A stretch of 64,000 bases of DNA from a virus. The DNA lies in IMG/VR virus record IMGVR_UViG_3300023276_001265, one strand, 5' to 3'. Made by a program: the position numbers and the translations under genes. The notes under the pieces are model-generated. The model saw only the letters and a list, made by a program, of their open reading frames with translations, was not told where the DNA came from and searched no databases. Of the stretch, positions 8,547 through 18,600 are shown in pieces; position 1 is the first letter of the stretch, and every line of letters starts with the position of its first letter.

Positions 8547-10532
8547 TTATCTCCGTGGCGACCCAGTGTCGCGACGGCTTTGCCGCGCTGCAGCGTCTTG
8601 GGCGATATTGCGGCTCGGCTTGTCCTTCTTGCCGCTCTCAGCAGCCTTGTGGAGCCCAGTAATCTTGTCCTTGTCGTCGTGCTCAGGCCCGAACCCGGTC
8701 TTGTATTCACTACGACCCTTCTTAGTACCGCCTACGCCGTCATGCGAACCCTTGCACAGACGGTAGAACTCTTTCGGGTCCCGAGCCTGCAGCGCTTGAC
8801 CCGCTTGGCCGAGGTTGCCGTCCTTATCCTTCTGGCAGGCAGGGCGCTCATCGTGGAGATCACCAGTTGGGCGAACATTGATCTGGTGTCCAGACGAGTC
8901 TGCGAATCCGGTGCCCTTTACCTTGTCAATGACGCGCTGACTGGTCTCCTGGTCCTTGTGGTAGGACTTGCCCAGTGAAGCCATAGCTGATGCGTAACCG
9001 CCCTCCTTGGAGACGCGATACCACTTTTGGCGTGGATCCCTATCAGTGTCGCCGACAAAGGCGAACTGATCATCACCGGCCGACCCGCGAGATCCGGCCT
9101 TGCTCTTGTCGGTGTGAAGCATCGCGTCATCGTCTGAGTTGCCGAACGTCGTCGCGTTGGCAAACTTCTTGTTGTTCTTCTTCCCGGAAGAGTGGACGTT
9201 TTCACCTGTGTCGGGGTCCTTGTGGTGGCCCTTCCACTTCGGGTGCTCGTCCTTGCTGTAGCCCTTCGCATCGTCATGCTCGCGATCGCGCGAGGACGGG
9301 TTTGTGAACTGTGCCCGACGGAGCTTGGCAGCCTTTGCCCGTGTTGATCGTTCTGCGTAGTTAGGGTCCGAAGGATCTGTAACCCCTTGGGCCATTCCGT
9401 GCTTGTCCGGTCCTACTTTCTTGCCGGTATCCGGATCAATACGACGAGCTGAGTCGCGGTTTCCACGGCCACGGCCACGGCGCTTACGCTCGTCACTCAG
9501 CGATTGGAAGTCGGCGTTCGCCGATGCTCGATAGCGGGCGTGCTGCTCAGCGTCGTGAGTATCTTCTGGGTGATGGGCCAGAGACCTACGACGATTAGGC
9601 GCCACGAAGGGAGCGGCCTTGGTTGCCTTTCGACCCTTCTCAACGTGTTGCGTCAGGTCATTGAGCGTGTTCTGAAGCGCAGCGACCTTGTCGTGGATGC
9701 TGTCACCGGCCATGGTCTTTTCTGGCATGGCCCCGCTGCCGACCTTGCCTTCTCCACGGCGCTTGGCCATACGGTTCAGTCCGGCCTTACGACCTTGTCG
9801 ATTGCCAGCTGGTGTTTTGTAGACGTCTGCTGGGTCTTCGATCCCCGTTACCTTCTTGGCGCGGGACTTCCGAACACCTTTCAGCTTTCCTTTGATGCGG
9901 TCCGCAACTGCATCGTCGTCAGGAATCGGAGAAGGCTCAGGCCGGTCAGGACCAGGAGTAGGACGACCTAGCCAAGCTGGCCTCTTCGACTTTTTCTTGG
10001 AACCTGGATCGTCATCTAGGGCCTGGGCCCCGGCGCCTGGGGCAGCCGGAGGTGGAGTTCCACCACCACCATCACCACCACCACCACGGGGCGGCTTGTC
10101 CTTCTTGTCCTTCTTCGCCAGGGCCTTCATCTCATCTGGAGACATCCCGATCTTCTTACGGTCATAAGCGATCTTCGGCTTGAACTTGGACGCTTCCGGC
10201 TCCGGCTCACCGGCCGCTGCACGCGCCGCTTTTGCCGCCGCACGCTTTCTGGCCTGCTTAGCCTTGTTCTTCTCGTTCGCCCGGTTCTTAGCCACCTTAC
10301 GGGCGGCTTTGCCTTGAGCAAACTCTTCAGGAGATTGCTTCGGGATAGCCGCCTCCGCCAAGAAGCGAAGCGCGAAGCGCGAGTGTGTCCGACTTAGTCC
10401 TGCTGGGACTGGGGACTGGTGAGCACGTTCAACCAAGCGCATTGCGCCTGATCTACCGAGATCAGTATTGATGCTCTCAAGGATGTTGAGCACGCGAGCC
10501 GCGTGAAATTCCATCTTTGCTGTGTTGGCCAT
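8547..10532 (-). CDS. Large basic, disordered protein; probable internal head or DNA-condensing protein
   Basis: 661 aa rich in K/R/D/G; N-terminal ILE, LVE and LAE candidate cleavage motifs. Confidence 0.7.
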   Translation of the reverse strand: MANTAKMEFHAARVLNILESINTDLGRSGAMRLVERAHQSPVPAGLSRTHSRFALRFLAEAAIPKQSPEEFAQGKAARKVAKNRANEKNKAKQARKRAAAKAARAAAGEPEPEASKFKPKIAYDRKKIGMSPDEMKALAKKDKKDKPPRGGGGDGGGGTPPPAAPGAGAQALDDDPGSKKKSKRPAWLGRPTPGPDRPEPSPIPDDDAVADRIKGKLKGVRKSRAKKVTGIEDPADVYKTPAGNRQGRKAGLNRMAKRRGEGKVGSGAMPEKTMAGDSIHDKVAALQNTLNDLTQHVEKGRKATKAAPFVAPNRRRSLAHHPEDTHDAEQHARYRASANADFQSLSDERKRRGRGRGNRDSARRIDPDTGKKVGPDKHGMAQGVTDPSDPNYAERSTRAKAAKLRRAQFTNPSSRDREHDDAKGYSKDEHPKWKGHHKDPDTGENVHSSGKKNNKKFANATTFGNSDDDAMLHTDKSKAGSRGSAGDDQFAFVGDTDRDPRQKWYRVSKEGGYASAMASLGKSYHKDQETSQRVIDKVKGTGFADSSGHQINVRPTGDLHDERPACQKDKDGNLGQAGQALQARDPKEFYRLCKGSHDGVGGTKKGRSEYKTGFGPEHDDKDKITGLHKAAESGKKDKPSRNIAQDAAARQSRRDTGSPRR

Positions 10533-10680
10533 TGAGCAACTCCGAAAACCGTGTGATGGAGGAACAGACGTTGAGAGGATAGCATCAGCTGGATAGCTCC
10601 AACAAGATCAAGTAGCTTATCTTATGACGATGCGGGCTGTAATGTTGCTATAGTGATGGAGTCAAATTCCAGAGAGAAAC

Positions 10681-11370
10681 ATGGCAAAGAAGAAACAAGG
10701 CAAAAGAGCTAAGGCGACTCAGGCATCGATCCATGAGTTTCAGCAAAAGTTCGAAGCCCTCGACAATAAGCGGAAAAAGCACACAGCTCAGGCTATTGAG
10801 CGAAGGCGACATGACGTATGGGAGATGATGTGCCAAGACATCCCTCAGACTGAGATGGCTAACCTTCTATGTGTCAGTCGGTCTACGGTTGCGCTTGACG
10901 TCAAGTACTGGAAATTGAAGCTGGCTAGACGGGTTAGCCGCATCAAGGAGAACCCCGACTACGCGAACATCGAGCTTGGAACAACGATTCGCAAGCTCGA
11001 CTCCTGCACGGCAGCCGCATTTCAGGAGTACTCCATGGCCAAGAGCGGTGGAGAGAAGGCTAAGTTCCTGGACATTGTCACGAAGACACTGAGCACCAAG
11101 ACGCGTATCCTCCAGGATGCTGGATATCTGCCAAAAGCGGGCATTGAAATTCGTACTAAGGTCGAGCACGTCGCGACATTTGCGGACCGCTTTGGTGAAG
11201 ATCACGCCACCACAGCACTTGATGATGACACAAAGCGTCATAGACTCCTCGCCATGGCCGAGCGGTTCATTCGGTTGTCCGAGAGTAAAGAGACGATCGA
11301 TGTTGAGGGCACGGTGGTCTCGTCCGACCCCGATGCCAGCAAGCGCCTCACCAACGGTGATTCGGCCTAG
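10681..11370 (+). CDS. Probable terminase small subunit (HTH)
   Basis: HTH (QTEMANLLCVSRSTVALDV); immediately upstream of TerL. Confidence 0.6.
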   Translation: MAKKKQGKRAKATQASIHEFQQKFEALDNKRKKHTAQAIERRRHDVWEMMCQDIPQTEMANLLCVSRSTVALDVKYWKLKLARRVSRIKENPDYANIELGTTIRKLDSCTAAAFQEYSMAKSGGEKAKFLDIVTKTLSTKTRILQDAGYLPKAGIEIRTKVEHVATFADRFGEDHATTALDDDTKRHRLLAMAERFIRLSESKETIDVEGTVVSSDPDASKRLTNGDSA

Positions 11371-11373
11371 TCT

Positions 11374-13983
11374 TTGATCACCTACCAAAACGGACGATTT
11401 CGCAGTGTTCGACCGGTTGCAGAGGCAATGGCCCTTCTGCAGACTGAAATTGATGAGCTCACTCCTGATGAGAAAGGAGCTCTCGATCTCCTAATTAAGG
11501 ACATCGCTGGGAAGCAGGCAAAAGAGATTGCCGATGCTGCCGAGCGCCTTGAGTGGGATTCTGATACTGGACCGGCCATCCCAATCCGTCAGTGGGTCAA
11601 CGACGAATACTACCTCGGCGAGACGGCCCGCACTCTGTGGCCCAGGCTCAAGGAGGACATGATTGAGTATTTTGAGGGCGACTATGCGGAGTGCATCCTC
11701 ACTGGGTCGACACGCTGGGGTAAGGATTATTTCAGCACTACAGCCCTAATCCGGATCATCTACGAGCTTTATTGCCTGAAGCGGCCCACTGACACACTGG
11801 GACTTGGTCGTGGTGAGATCATTCACATCGTCCCTATCTCGCATACTAAGGAAGCTGCTCAACGAGTCGTTTTCCAGGGAATCGTGCGTAAGCTCGCCCT
11901 GACCCCATTCTGGAAGGGCCGGTTCGAGGTCACTAAAGAGGAGATTCGCTTCCCAGGTAAGGACATCATCATCATTGGTGGTGGATCTAATGAGGGCGCT
12001 GCACTTGGTCTTAATGTGTGGGCCGCACTTATCGATGAGGGCAACTTCATGGGTAAGCAGAAGAAGGGTCACGTAGCCGCCGGTGGCGGTAAGGACGACA
12101 AGTCCGAGTCCATCTACGATTCACTGCGACGTCGTATTCGAGGCACCTACTCGGCCACAGGCCTTCGTGGTCGTCTGATCATGATTTCATCGAAGAAGTC
12201 GATATATGACTTCACCGAGCGAAGACTCCGCGAGGCGATGCGGGAAAACGATACGAGCGTTTTTGTCCGAGATTACGCCACCTGGGACGTCCGACCAAAC
12301 GCGTTTATGGGCCAGAAATGGTGGCGTGCAGCCGTTTCTCAGAAGATTGGCCGCGTTCGCGTCCTTGATGATGGGGAAGAGGTAGAAGACCACGAGATTT
12401 GGTTCCGCTTCCCTGATGAGTATCTTCAGGACTTTCTGAACGATCCCGCAGGTGCGGCCCGAGACATTGCTGGTATTGCGCTGGAATCGTTCCGTCCGTT
12501 CTTCTCGAATCGAGAAGCCATTGACGCAATGATGAAGCCAGAGCGGGCGCACCCATTCCATATCTACGAGTGGGTCACCAGTAGGGAGATCAAGCCGATC
12601 TGGGACAACATGATGATCCGGAACGTGCACGGAGATCCGGTCCCGAGATGTTGCCCAAACGCACACCGACACGTCCACATGGACCTTTCAAAGAACAAGG
12701 ACGCTACAGGGTTTTGTGTGGGCCACGTTGCCGGAGAGGTCGAAGTCTCGCGCCTGGACCCAGAGACTCACGAGAAGAGGAAAGAGGACGCCCCTCTAAT
12801 CCACATTGACTTGTGCCTCCGTATCCTGGCCCCTCATGCGGGAGAGATTGAACATCAACTTGTCAGATCGTTGATCTACATGCTCCGAGAGGGTGGTCTC
12901 CCGATCAAGTCGGTATCTGCGGACCGTTGGATGGGGCTTCCAAACCTCCAGCTCATCGCTAAGCACGGATTCAAGACACAGGAGATATCGACCCAGAGAA
13001 CCCTTGATCCTTACCTGTCTGCACAGGGAGCTCTCTATGAGGGGCGGATTGAGAGCCCTGTTTACACCTTCTTGGCGAAGGAGCTCCGAGAGCTTGAGCT
13101 GAATTCCCAGGGAACCAAAGTCGATCACCCGCGCACGGGCTGCTTCGCGGGTGACACGAAGGTTCGCCTCTTGGACGGGAGGGCGATCACGTTTGAGCAG
13201 CTAGTGGCTGAGTATGGAGAAGGTCAGAGATTCCACACCTATACGATGCGAGAAGGTGCCGTGTCTGTCGGAATCGGTTACGCACCACGTCTGACGGCTA
13301 AGAACGCGCCTGTAGTGGCGGTCACGTTGGACAACGGCGAGACCGTCAGGTGTACGCCTGACCACAGGTTCATGCTCCGAGATGGGAGTTATCGCGAGGC
13401 CGGGGAGCTGCAACCCGGCGACTCGTTGATGCCGCTCTACACCAAGTTGTCCACAAAGTCGGCCCACAAGATGGTCGGTTACGAGCTCTACTTGTGCCCC
13501 GGCGATGGTAAGTGGCACTTCACCCATCGGATGGTCGGAAAGTGGAAGTACCCGGGCTACACAGGCAACCAGCACGGTAATGGACTGATTCACCACGACC
13601 GGGGGAAGCTAAACAACGCGCCCGACGCGTTCTGCATCGCGCCCGGTAATCACAAGGTCGTGAGCGTTGAGCCTAGTGGGACCGCCGATGTCTACGACAT
13701 TTCAGTCGAAGAGACATCGAACTTCGCTCTTGATGCAGGAATCTTTGTCCACAACTCAAAGGATCTGGCCGATGCGTTTGCGGCCGTCTGCTACTTCCTA
13801 GCCACGAACTGGAGATCCATTGGAGGGGGCGGCATTTCAATGGGCGCCTCTGTTATCGAGACTCCAGGCCTGCCAGGCGAGGCGGTTCCTACGTCAGACG
13901 GTAATTTCAGGTGGCCAGACGAGCCGCCCCTACCCACTGAGGGCGGGGAAGATTGGACCGGTCTACCAACGTGGATCATCTGA
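11374..13983 (+). CDS. terL: Terminase large subunit, intein-containing
   Basis: Walker A-like GSTRWGKD; Walker B ALIDEG; coupling motif ISS; RNase H-like nuclease (HVHMDLS, ADRW, DHP..SKDLADA). Confidence 0.92.
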   Translation: MITYQNGRFRSVRPVAEAMALLQTEIDELTPDEKGALDLLIKDIAGKQAKEIADAAERLEWDSDTGPAIPIRQWVNDEYYLGETARTLWPRLKEDMIEYFEGDYAECILTGSTRWGKDYFSTTALIRIIYELYCLKRPTDTLGLGRGEIIHIVPISHTKEAAQRVVFQGIVRKLALTPFWKGRFEVTKEEIRFPGKDIIIIGGGSNEGAALGLNVWAALIDEGNFMGKQKKGHVAAGGGKDDKSESIYDSLRRRIRGTYSATGLRGRLIMISSKKSIYDFTERRLREAMRENDTSVFVRDYATWDVRPNAFMGQKWWRAAVSQKIGRVRVLDDGEEVEDHEIWFRFPDEYLQDFLNDPAGAARDIAGIALESFRPFFSNREAIDAMMKPERAHPFHIYEWVTSREIKPIWDNMMIRNVHGDPVPRCCPNAHRHVHMDLSKNKDATGFCVGHVAGEVEVSRLDPETHEKRKEDAPLIHIDLCLRILAPHAGEIEHQLVRSLIYMLREGGLPIKSVSADRWMGLPNLQLIAKHGFKTQEISTQRTLDPYLSAQGALYEGRIESPVYTFLAKELRELELNSQGTKVDHPRTGCFAGDTKVRLLDGRAITFEQLVAEYGEGQRFHTYTMREGAVSVGIGYAPRLTAKNAPVVAVTLDNGETVRCTPDHRFMLRDGSYREAGELQPGDSLMPLYTKLSTKSAHKMVGYELYLCPGDGKWHFTHRMVGKWKYPGYTGNQHGNGLIHHDRGKLNNAPDAFCIAPGNHKVVSVEPSGTADVYDISVEETSNFALDAGIFVHNSKDLADAFAAVCYFLATNWRSIGGGGISMGASVIETPGLPGEAVPTSDGNFRWPDEPPLPTEGGEDWTGLPTWII
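13141..13755 (+). mobile_element. Intein (205 aa) in the TerL nuclease domain, with an HNH-like remnant
   Basis: Starts CFAGDTKVRLLDG; block B CTPDHRF; block F VYDISVEETSNF; ends VHN followed by Ser; removal restores DHPRTG|SKDLADA. Confidence 0.92.
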
Positions 13984-14029
13984 TCACCAGGTCTGGACCT
14001 CACCGGTCGACTATTGGTAAAATACTGGG

Positions 14030-14350
14030 ATGACTTTGCCTAGACGACAACAAGTCAGCGATGCACTGCATTTAATCGCAGACAGCATTCAAGAGGCAGA
14101 TATTCTCTTGCGTGAAGGGATAGTGCACGGCAAGTTTGATGCTCCGAAGCCGAAGCTAAAGGATGGCGTCGAACCCCATAAACGTGGAATCATGGACCGC
14201 ATCGAGCGGCGAGTTCGAGAAAAGGTCACCCCACTATCTCGCAATGTCTTGCGAGCGCGACGTGAGCGGAAAGCTCGCGACCGTTATCAAACGCTCAAGA
14301 ACGTCAAGACGCCTCGTAAGGTGCTCGGATCGAGAATCCGTAAGCGATGA
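14030..14350 (+). CDS. Small basic hypothetical protein
   Basis: 106 aa, Arg/Lys-rich; TAAAAT 6 nt before the ATG. Confidence 0.65.
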   Translation: MTLPRRQQVSDALHLIADSIQEADILLREGIVHGKFDAPKPKLKDGVEPHKRGIMDRIERRVREKVTPLSRNVLRARRERKARDRYQTLKNVKTPRKVLGSRIRKR

Positions 14351-14595
14351 AATGCCCTCGGTGTGAGCATGAGAAGACGTATGTCTTAAAGTCGACAAGA
14401 CCGTCCCGCAAAGCGGTTGATGTTTGCAAACAGAGAAGGCGTTCATGCGCCAAGTGCAAACGATCGTTCATGACGTTTGAAGTTCACGAAGTAGAGTTTG
14501 AACGTCTCTGCGCTCTAATTAAGCTAGAAGGCCCGACACGGAGCCCTCTACTAACTAGGACAACGGCGTCAGAGCCAGAGTCCAAGAAGTCCTAA
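14347..14595 (+). CDS. NrdR-like zinc-ribbon protein lacking an ATP cone
   Basis: MKCPRC..T.V..S....RRRSC..C..SF.TFE matches the NrdR N-terminal ribbon; ATGA overlap with the upstream gene. Confidence 0.75.
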   Translation: MKCPRCEHEKTYVLKSTRPSRKAVDVCKQRRRSCAKCKRSFMTFEVHEVEFERLCALIKLEGPTRSPLLTRTTASEPESKKS

Positions 14596-14625
14596 TCACC
14601 ACCAGCAAACAGCTGAGGTAAGCAA

Positions 14626-15546
14626 ATGAGCGTTACTGATACCATCGAGACCCGCATCAAGTCCTTTAAGGCCTCCTCGTTCTTTACGGCAGGAGACCCT
14701 TATAGCTTCAGCGTGAAGCTGAGTGATGAGTTTGCGCTTCCCGGAAAGTACAACCCCCGAGACTACCTGGCTCGCCTCGGGCTTGAACTTGAGGGCAAGA
14801 ATGTCCTAGTTGTCTGCCCAGGCAATTCTGGCCTCTGCATCGAGGCGATCCACGCAGGAGCATCAACGGTCGTAGGGTTCGAGCCGCGCACGATCTACTT
14901 GCGGCCCATGAACACGATCGCTGAGTTCGTTGACGAGCTTGTCGGGACATCGTTTATCCGCAGGAAGGCAGACGCCGAACTCGTTGAGAAGTTCGATGTG
15001 GTCATTTGGGCCGAAGGTGTCGATGACATCCCCCACCCAAGGCAGATATTCAACAAGGTCTTCGACGCTATTGCCCCTGGCGGGCAGTTCTGCTTGGAGA
15101 TTGGTCTCGGGACTCACGGAGAGCTCCCCCTGACCACTAACTGCTGGAAGCCAACCTCCCAGGCCGTTGTGTCCACCGTTGAGTCCTACGGTGACTTCTC
15201 GGTCATTGGGAAGTCTGCGGGCCGCAATCAAACGCGAAAGATATTCACGATCGCCAACAACGAAAAAATGAAGGTGGAATCCCTGTCCGGTTCGGGGTTC
15301 ACCACGGTTGAGAGTGTTGAAGATTTCGCTGCAAAGCTCAAGGAGGAGCTGTCCCCTAGCGATACCGACATCGACATTACGGTGAGCACCCCCAAGAGGG
15401 GCGCCCCGGACACTGGACTGGATTCGGTCTACGATGCGGCTGCCGATGACCAGAAAACGGCTTCAACGCCCAAGAGTCAGGCCAAAAAGGACAAAGCAGC
15501 AGCTGAGGCTGCCATCAAGCCAAAGAATGGCAAGCCTAAGGCATAA
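14626..15546 (+). CDS. Class I SAM-dependent methyltransferase-like protein (CmoB/DUF1698-like, degenerate motif I)
   Basis: LEGKNVLVVCPGNSG..AIHAGASTVVGFEP; KFDVVI; IAPGGQF. Confidence 0.6.
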   Translation: MSVTDTIETRIKSFKASSFFTAGDPYSFSVKLSDEFALPGKYNPRDYLARLGLELEGKNVLVVCPGNSGLCIEAIHAGASTVVGFEPRTIYLRPMNTIAEFVDELVGTSFIRRKADAELVEKFDVVIWAEGVDDIPHPRQIFNKVFDAIAPGGQFCLEIGLGTHGELPLTTNCWKPTSQAVVSTVESYGDFSVIGKSAGRNQTRKIFTIANNEKMKVESLSGSGFTTVESVEDFAAKLKEELSPSDTDIDITVSTPKRGAPDTGLDSVYDAAADDQKTASTPKSQAKKDKAAAEAAIKPKNGKPKA

Positions 15547-15604
15547 AGGTAACTGGCTACGCGCGACTGATGCTGTCGTGTAGAATGCCTGGACGAGGTG
15601 CGGT

Positions 15605-15967
15605 ATGGGTGCAAAGACAATCAAGGTCAACGGTACTTTCCAGGTCTACAATTCTGCTGGAACTATCGAGGCGCAGAAGGTCCTCAACGACACACTCCTC
15701 GTGTCTGAGGTCACTCAGCACTTTCCAATGGTCATCGCTGGCGGGGCTGTAGATCAGCAAGTAGGCTTCGGAGGGGTGCAGCTGTGTAAGCGGTTGTTCC
15801 TGCGGACCAACTTTCCGGTCATGCTTAAGTTCGATAGTATTGTCGCGCCTGCATTCTCGTTCGGTCCTGGAGATGGAATCCTGATGTCTGAAAACGGCAT
15901 CACCGCTCTCTTCGTCACGGCCGGTCCAAATGCAACAGAGCTTGAGGCGATGATCGCCGGTGACTAA
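15605..15967 (+). CDS. Small beta-rich probable virion structural protein
   Basis: 120 aa; GAGGTG SD. Confidence 0.6.
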   Translation: MGAKTIKVNGTFQVYNSAGTIEAQKVLNDTLLVSEVTQHFPMVIAGGAVDQQVGFGGVQLCKRLFLRTNFPVMLKFDSIVAPAFSFGPGDGILMSENGITALFVTAGPNATELEAMIAGD

Positions 15968-16010
15968 CACCACTAGTCGCCCTCAACACAGAAAGTAACG
16001 GGAGAATCAG

Positions 16011-16355
16011 ATGCACATCAAAAAGGACGACATCCCGCTCGTTGCAGCGCCGCTGGACGATCTCTGGATCAAGTTTGACACCCAGTCTCTAGGCGCTGTT
16101 ATCTGGGTTTCGTCCGTGTCGTCTGGCGCCACGTTCGAAATTTCGAGTGGCGTGACGGCTGAGCCAGGACTTCTCACGGTTCCAGTTGTGACTACCCTAG
16201 GTCAGAAGGGTCTCGTCGCCCTGACAACACTCCCTCTTGGTGCTGGAGACGTTTCGCACCGCTACGTGCGAGTGCGCCCTACTGCTGGACAGATATCTGT
16301 TTCAGTGGCCGGACCCCTTGGGTTTAGCCACCACATGAAGGTGCTGATCACGTAA
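16011..16355 (+). CDS. Small beta-rich probable virion structural protein
   Basis: 114 aa; GGGAG SD. Confidence 0.6.
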   Translation: MHIKKDDIPLVAAPLDDLWIKFDTQSLGAVIWVSSVSSGATFEISSGVTAEPGLLTVPVVTTLGQKGLVALTTLPLGAGDVSHRYVRVRPTAGQISVSVAGPLGFSHHMKVLIT

Positions 16356-16365
16356 CCTGGCATCA

Positions 16366-18216
16366 ATGCCACTGAATAGGTCAGCCCAGATGTCACTACA
16401 GCGATCTGCCTTAGTACTACGTGAGTCCGAGAGTATTGCCTGTCGGGCTTATCATCTAGTTGAGCATCAAGAGCTCGAACTGGAACACGCTCTTTACCGG
16501 AGCCCCCTGATTCTCCTTGATGAAGGCTTGGCCGGAGATGCGGCCAGAGGAATCGGAAGAGGACTTGGCTGGGCAGGCAAGGGAATTGCCGGAGGGATCG
16601 GCAGGGGGATCGGTCACGTAGGCAAAACAGCGTTCGATGCCGGAAGTCACGCCGCTAAGAAGGTTGCTGGCGGTGTCGCTGATACGGCTGTGAACTTTGC
16701 CCGTGGAGCAGCTGGAGGGGGCGATGATAAGGCCAAGGAGACCGCAGCTTACGCCCTTGGCAATAGGATGCAGTCGACACAGGTCGGCGGTAAGACCGCA
16801 GGAGGTGCTTTGGCCGGTGCTGCAATTGGCTCAGCCATCGCTCCTGGCGTTGGAACGGCCATCGGCGCTGGTATAGGTGCGGCAGCCCCTCACATCGCCA
16901 GTGGGGCAGCAAAAGCTGGTAAGAGCATCGCCGGTGGGGCAGCGGCGGCTGGACGCGGCGCAGCAAAAGCTGGTAAGTGGGTGCGCCAGAAGTGGCAGGA
17001 CCGTGGGGGCGGTCCAACCGCAGATGCGCCAACTGGGGACGAACACGGCCCTGTAAGATCAACACAGAATGCCCAAGATGCCCCGTTTACAAGGTGGGAA
17101 GCAGGTGAAAAGGAAAAAGCAGCCATTAACGCAAGGGCTACTGCTGCTGGTGACGACACACCGAAACTAGACACGTTTAATATGAATCCGGAAGCCGCCG
17201 CCGCCGAGCGCAACCGGACCGCTAAGGCCTCTAAGGCTACGGCTGATGCCTTACAAAAGCAGCAATGGACACAAGGTAAGGCGATAGCCAATGCCGGACC
17301 TTCCGCCGAATTCGCGGATCAAGCTCGCAAGCAGGCACGACTTGATAAGGTAGCCAAGGCAAAAGCGGCAGCAGTTCTACCGCCCGATGCTGTACCTAGC
17401 ATCGGACCCAGCGCACGGGCAGCGGCAGCACCAACGGCAGCACCAACGGCAGCACCAACGGCAGCGCCAACACCAGCAGCTTCTGATGCCAGTGCGATGA
17501 GCCAGGCCTACGCCCAGGGCGCCCAGACTCAGAGGGCGCCATTCTCCTACCCAGAAGGCGCCAAGCCTGAGGTCAAGCCTGAGGTCGAGCTGACCCCACA
17601 ACAAAAGAACGACCAGGCCTCTGCTGATTTTGCAAATCAGCAAAACATTAACAGGAGAAATACTCAGCAGACTAATCAGCCAACATCCAACATCCCGAGT
17701 AACCTTAAAGGTGGGGGAGCGCCAGTTGCTGCCCAAGGCCAGCAACTTCCAAGTAATCTTGGAGGAGGAGCAGCGCCAGTCGCCAGTAACCCAGAAGCCA
17801 ACCCTCTCGGTGACCCTACTGGAGATGGTGAGCAGATAGACCTTCACGACACACCACCGCACGCAGCAGCGCCTCCAGGTGGTGCTGCCCAGGCTATTCC
17901 GAATATCGGAGGAAAGAGGGAAAAGTCAGCTGGCGGTGGCGGTGGTAATGCTGATGACGCGGCCAGTTTAATGCCAGGCGTCGAAAACGCTGGCGACGAT
18001 GATGATCCAACAAGCTGCAACAAACAAGCTGATGGCTCCACAAAGTGCTACAACCGAAGCCTGTCGAAGAAGGGCTTGAAGGGTAACGTAGGGCGCAAGC
18101 CATCAGGAAAAACAGCAACGGCAACACCGACAGCATCGGTTAATGCGCTGATCGACTCCTTCGATTACTCACGAACCTTCAGAGCTAGGACCTGCCGGTT
18201 CAAGCTGCTAGCCTAG
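16366..18216 (+). CDS. Gly/Ala-rich disordered protein with LYRSPLILLDE tag and a glycine-zipper segment
   Basis: Tag at aa ~43-53; GGALAGAAIGSAIAPGVGTAIGAGIGA; AAPT repeats. Confidence 0.75.
   Translation: MPLNRSAQMSLQRSALVLRESESIACRAYHLVEHQELELEHALYRSPLILLDEGLAGDAARGIGRGLGWAGKGIAGGIGRGIGHVGKTAFDAGSHAAKKVAGGVADTAVNFARGAAGGGDDKAKETAAYALGNRMQSTQVGGKTAGGALAGAAIGSAIAPGVGTAIGAGIGAAAPHIASGAAKAGKSIAGGAAAAGRGAAKAGKWVRQKWQDRGGGPTADAPTGDEHGPVRSTQNAQDAPFTRWEAGEKEKAAINARATAAGDDTPKLDTFNMNPEAAAAERNRTAKASKATADALQKQQWTQGKAIANAGPSAEFADQARKQARLDKVAKAKAAAVLPPDAVPSIGPSARAAAAPTAAPTAAPTAAPTPAASDASAMSQAYAQGAQTQRAPFSYPEGAKPEVKPEVELTPQQKNDQASADFANQQNINRRNTQQTNQPTSNIPSNLKGGGAPVAAQGQQLPSNLGGGAAPVASNPEANPLGDPTGDGEQIDLHDTPPHAAAPPGGAAQAIPNIGGKREKSAGGGGGNADDAASLMPGVENAGDDDDPTSCNKQADGSTKCYNRSLSKKGLKGNVGRKPSGKTATATPTASVNALIDSFDYSRTFRARTCRFKLLA
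17425..17472 (+). repeat. 4 x 12-bp tandem repeat GCAGCACCAACG, coding (AAPT)4
   Basis: Three exact copies and one degenerate copy. Confidence 0.9.
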
Positions 18217-18582
18217 GATACCTGGGATATCTAGCCCTTCACTCTTAGCCAGCTTCTTAGCGATGTCGAGGAGTCCGTTCCCGACGCCTGGTTGCACGCT
18301 GCGCAGCTTGTCGATCTCTGCGTCGAGGTCGAGGCCTTCGTACTTGGCGAGCTTCCTCAGCACTACGAGGAAGTCCTCTACGCACTTGTCCGGGTCTAGC
18401 TTTCCAGTCCGGTAGACCACCTTTGATGCGGTCTCTCTAGTAGTTGCTAGAGCTTGGGCCGCATTTAGGATCTCCTGAGCCATCGGATGATCCCTAGGGA
18501 TACTTAGACTGATGGGTGCGGTCGGCTGGCCTGTTGGCGGATTAGACAGCCCACCGAGTAAACCGAGTAGATCACCAAGCAC
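18208..18582 (-). CDS. Hypothetical protein with an internal duplicated KLAKxEGLD motif
   Basis: 124 aa at the end of the tail operon; GGAGAG SD. Confidence 0.6.
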   Translation of the reverse strand: MLGDLLGLLGGLSNPPTGQPTAPISLSIPRDHPMAQEILNAAQALATTRETASKVVYRTGKLDPDKCVEDFLVVLRKLAKYEGLDLDAEIDKLRSVQPGVGNGLLDIAKKLAKSEGLDIPGILG

Positions 18583-18600
18583 TTTGTCACTCTCCGATTA

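Noticed and set aside
14530-14560. RSPLL in the NrdR-like protein as another tag copy
   Set aside because: It is C-terminal and lacks the following [LI]-x-E; probably chance.
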